Of a stretch of DNA of 64,000 bases, positions 60,409-64,000 are shown piece after piece; the stretch's first letter is position 1; each line of letters starts with the position of its first letter. The notes beneath the pieces were generated by a model. It was not told where the DNA came from. It made no database searches and saw nothing but the letters and a program-made list of their open reading frames with translations. A program made the translations under genes and the position numbers. This stretch comes from Mobula hypostoma (Eukaryota), in the NCBI RefSeq assembly GCF_963921235.1, contig NC_086097.1, positions 147,190,001-147,254,000 on the forward strand, in the 5' to 3' direction.

Positions 60409-62699
60409 TAGGGGTCGCCAACCCGTCGATCGTGATCGTCCGGTCGATCTTTGAGACTTTCCCAGCAGATCCTGAAAAAAATCAAAAAGAAATACACAAA
60501 TACTGTTGTAATTAGGATAATGGTAATATAGCAATACTTTTGCTACTGAACGCTGTTTATAAAGAGCTATTGTTTCCGGGTTGCGGGGGTTTAGTTCCGT
60601 TCTTTCTGCCCAGTGCGCGTGTGTGTAGCTCCCCCGCCATGCACCGTGTTTTCAGCGTAGCCTGTGCTGCATCAAAGTGACCAATTAGGTTAGATAAGAG
60701 CACAAACTGTCGCAAACATCAATATATGGCAGTGGTCCCCAACCTCCGGGCCGCGAACCATGCAGTAGTCGGAACGCACCCAGCAAATCTTTAAGAAAAA
60801 AAAGCCGAAATAAACCAGCTAATTAATTAGGTGCCTCAGGGCACGTAAATGTCCGCCCAGAACAGAGGCAATGCCATCAGCAATCGCTTGTGATATCCTG
60901 ATAGCATGGCGGAGGCTCCACAAAAGAAAGCGAAAACGTACAAATTCCATCCAGAATGGGAAGAGGAATATCTGATTACCTTGGTGAAAGACATGTGTGT
61001 ATGTATGTTGTGCCACCAAACACAAGCACTGACTAAAAGAGGGAATCTGGAGCGACACCACAACACCAACCACCAGAAATTTAAAGACACCTACCCCCCA
61101 AAGAGCGCAATTCGTGCCTGGAAAGTTGAGCTGAAATCGGGGTTGAAGGCCCAGCAATCGTTTTCCACAAAACATGCTGCTCAAAATAAGGCTGCTATTG
61201 AAACATCATTTCGTGTAAGTCACCTTTTGGCTAAACACAAGAAGCCTTTTACAGATGGCGATTTATTCAAGGAAGCAATGGCCATTATTGCAAAAACTGT
61301 TTTTAATTACTTTAAAAACAAAAACGACATCATAACCGCAATACATAATATACCGCTTGGCCCTGCAACAGTGCCAGGGAGGGTAGAGTCACTGTCAGAG
61401 GATGTGAATATTTTTCTCTACAGTTTGATGAATCCCTGGAGGTAATGCAAACAGCTCAGCTTGTTGTATTTGTCAGAATGGCTTTCCGGGATTTTACAAC
61501 AAAGGAGGACTTCCTCACTCTTTTGCAATTAAAGGAGAGAATGAGAGGTGAGGATATTTACAATGAGTTTAAAAAATATGTCCATGAAAATGACAACCCC
61601 ATTCATAAACTGGAGGCAGTTACTACTGATGGGGCTGAGCATTGCGCAGTGTGTGCATTAGTTTTATAGCACTAAAAGTCAGTGCCTACTTTGGGTCAAC
61701 TTACCTATGTGAAATTGCATTTTCACAGATGAAAATTATTAAATCTAAGTACAGGAGCTGACTTACTGACAGACACCTCACTAGGGTTGCCAAATTTCTC
61801 ACTCCCAAATAAGGGGCAAAAGTAGCAGTCAAATCCCGGGGCACTTGTGTTTACCCCATGAAAGACTACCATGACCATGAAACCTTGCACGGGCACCTGT
61901 TTGTGCATACGTGTACGTGCCGATTTTTTCCCCCACGAATTGGCTTAATCTTCATTATTTCTACTTTATATAGGCTGTGTATTTATCATATCATTCCTGC
62001 TTTTACTATGTATTAGTGTTATCTTGGGTTTTATGTGTTATTTGGCATGATTTGGTAGGTTATTTTTCGGGGTCTGGGAATGCTCAAAAATTTTTCCCAT
62101 ATAAATTAATGGTAATTACTTCTTCGCCTTATGCCATTTCGGCATGAAAGGTTTCATAGGAATGCTCTACCTTAGCGGGGGAAATATGGGACAAGGGCGG
62201 TCCCATATGGGACAAACCAATTTAGCCCAGTATACGGGATGTCTCTGCAAATACGGGACAGTTGGCAACCCTACACCTCACAGGCTGTCTCAGACTGACT
62301 GTCTGTAGTTATGAGCCAAATTTCAGGAACTAGCAGAAAGTATTCAGCCCTAGTCATCACACTGAGTGCAACAGTTAATTTTTATTCATTTATTTTTTGT
62401 GTTGAAATAATATTAAATAATGAAACTTAGAATTAAAGGTGTGAAGTATTGTAATATTCTTAAAGAAAGACAGATATGGCCTGTTTGATATGAGAGTTAC
62501 AGTGTTTTCTTGTTTGAATTAATTTGAAAGTTTGACAAAAGTATTTTGTGTAATTCAAATACAATTAGCCCAAATAAAAGGCATCAAATTGGAAGTACAA
62601 TCTGAGCTGTTTTTTCTCTAAACGATTTAGTAGGTAAATCTTGCCTTTCACTTAGGTCGAGATAAGGGATCTTGGGCTTAAAAAGGTTGGTGACCACTA
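60409..62699 (+). mobile_element. hAT (Charlie/SPIN/GTF2IRD2-like) transposon with degenerate transposase
   Basis: 8-bp TSD GCCTAGAC; TIR TAGGGGTCGCCAACC / GGTTGGTGACCACTA (13/15 match); BED-like CMLC..NLERHH, KHKKPFTDGD, AQLVVFVRM, VTTDGA; frameshifts and deletions. Confidence 0.92.
61782..62273. mobile_element. Non-autonomous hAT MITE nested in the hAT element
   Basis: TIR TAGGGTTGCCAA / TTGGCAACCCTA; perfect 8-bp TSD CACCTCAC. Confidence 0.9.
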
Positions 62700-64000
62700 G
62701 CCTAGACAGAGTAGGGGAAGGAATGTTTCCTATCATGGGGGAGTCTAGGACCAGAGGGCACAGCCTCAGAATAGCGGGACTTCTATTTAGAACAGAGCTG
62801 AAGAGGAATTCGGACAAAGTGACGCAACAGACTGTTAACACCAAAAATCAGTGAGTTGTTTTGTTATGTCGCCCCTCTCATGTGAAATGGGGAAGCATTT
62901 TTTCCCTTATTAGGGAGGGAGAGAGCCTGTGGTATGTCGAATTACCAGGTGAACAATTAGTCTTTGGGGTACTGCAAGTCTGTGTCTTTATTGATGCTTT
63001 GCTGCGCACTTGAGAGCTCAGTGGGGGGCGCCAATGCTTTTTTGCTGGTGGGGGCAGGGTGTTGCCTGGCTGCTGCTTGTTCATGGGAGGGGCCTTGAGA
63101 TTCTAATATTTAACTGTCATTAATTCTTTTGGGCACTCCTCTGTGTTCGTGGATATGTGCAAAGAAAAAGAATTTCATGATGTATATTGTATAGATTTCT
63201 CTGACATTTAATGTACCTATTGAAACCTATTGAATTTCTTTAGCCAGAGGGTTGTGAATCTGAGGAATTCATTGCACCAGATAGCTGTGCAGGCCAAGTC
63301 ATTGGCTATATTTAAAGTGGAGCTTGATAGGTTCTTGATAGTTAAAGGTGTTAAAGATTACAGGGGTGAAGACAGGTGAATGGGATTGAGAGGCCATGAT
63401 GGAATGGCAAACAGACTTGATGGGCTGAATGGCCTGATTCTGCTCCTGTGTCTTATAGTCTTTTCCTCCAGCAGACTTCCTGCTTTCTTTGTTCAAAAAA
63501 GTCTTAGTGCAATGTTTCAGGCTGATACTATTATTGAGGATTTTTCTCAGGTGTTCTAACAAATGCGAAAAAATGCCAATTACTTAAACCTTATTGATGA
63601 TTTGGAAGTAGCTCTGGCCTCCAGATAAGTAGGTGAAATTAGTTACATGCTGTACAGTTGGAGTTGGGCTGGCAGTCTAGCTTATAACCTTAAGTTAGAA
63701 ACTAGAGTACTTCAGCATGCAACTCAAAAGTCCAGTTAAAGATGCACTAACTTGCAATTTAATACATTTCTTAGAAATTTCTCAGACTTTCATGTAAAAT
63801 GATTGATACTGAAAGGATAGGAATTTTGCATATATCATATTTAACCATAAATGCACAGCAGATGGTGTGAAAGTGATCATTATCATTGATTTAAGTAGGC
63901 AGAAAAGATAAGTAAGTTTGAAGTTGCAAACTGGGCAGGGAGAGGCAGATAGGGCGATCAAAATCTATCTTGCAAGGTGAAGTGAGGGTTGCCCATTTTG

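Larger units (their letters stand above)
58370..63460 (+). mobile_element. Old CR1 ORF2 copy fragmented by SINE and hAT insertions
   Basis: ELNKYFVSVFT, KADKSPG, VLKEVAEEIVEAL, GESRTRGHSLRI; 3' hairpin region at about 63420-63460. Confidence 0.8.

Noticed and set aside
60906..61669. Domesticated GTF2IRD2/ZBED-like host gene
   Set aside because: It is frameshifted, truncated and still bounded by TIRs and an 8-bp TSD, so it is a decayed hAT transposon.

Overview
Vertebrate nuclear DNA, most likely a cartilaginous fish (shark or ray), inferred from the repeat complement. It is dominated by nested transposon debris: many CR1 LINEs, Rex1/Babar, RTE, Penelope-like, an RLE-type (HERO/NeSL-like) LINE end, Gypsy and ERV relics, three solo LTRs with TSDs, Tigger, hAT and Chapaev3-like DNA transposons, and tRNA-derived SINEs. 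Most of this appears to lie in introns of an unidentified multi-exon protein-coding gene on the minus strand, with phase-compatible candidate exons at about 56.0, 55.8, 49.6, 31.6, 31.4, 29.1, 28.7 and 27.9 kb. The standout is a young, essentially full-length CR1 element (50488-55159, minus) with an open ORF1 (zinc finger, leucine zipper, SGNH esterase) and a 999-codon ORF2. Two features of this element deserve follow-up. First, ORF1 ends on a canonical U_UUA_AAC slippery heptamer that leads into ORF2 in the -1 frame, and ORF2 has no in-frame AUG before codon 202, which suggests programmed ribosomal frameshifting. Second, the 5' end is an array of 172-bp promoter-like monomers, and the terminus sits where transcription from a further upstream monomer would start. 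No rRNA, bona fide tRNA or CRISPR features were seen. Family assignments come from motif recognition only; no database search was run.
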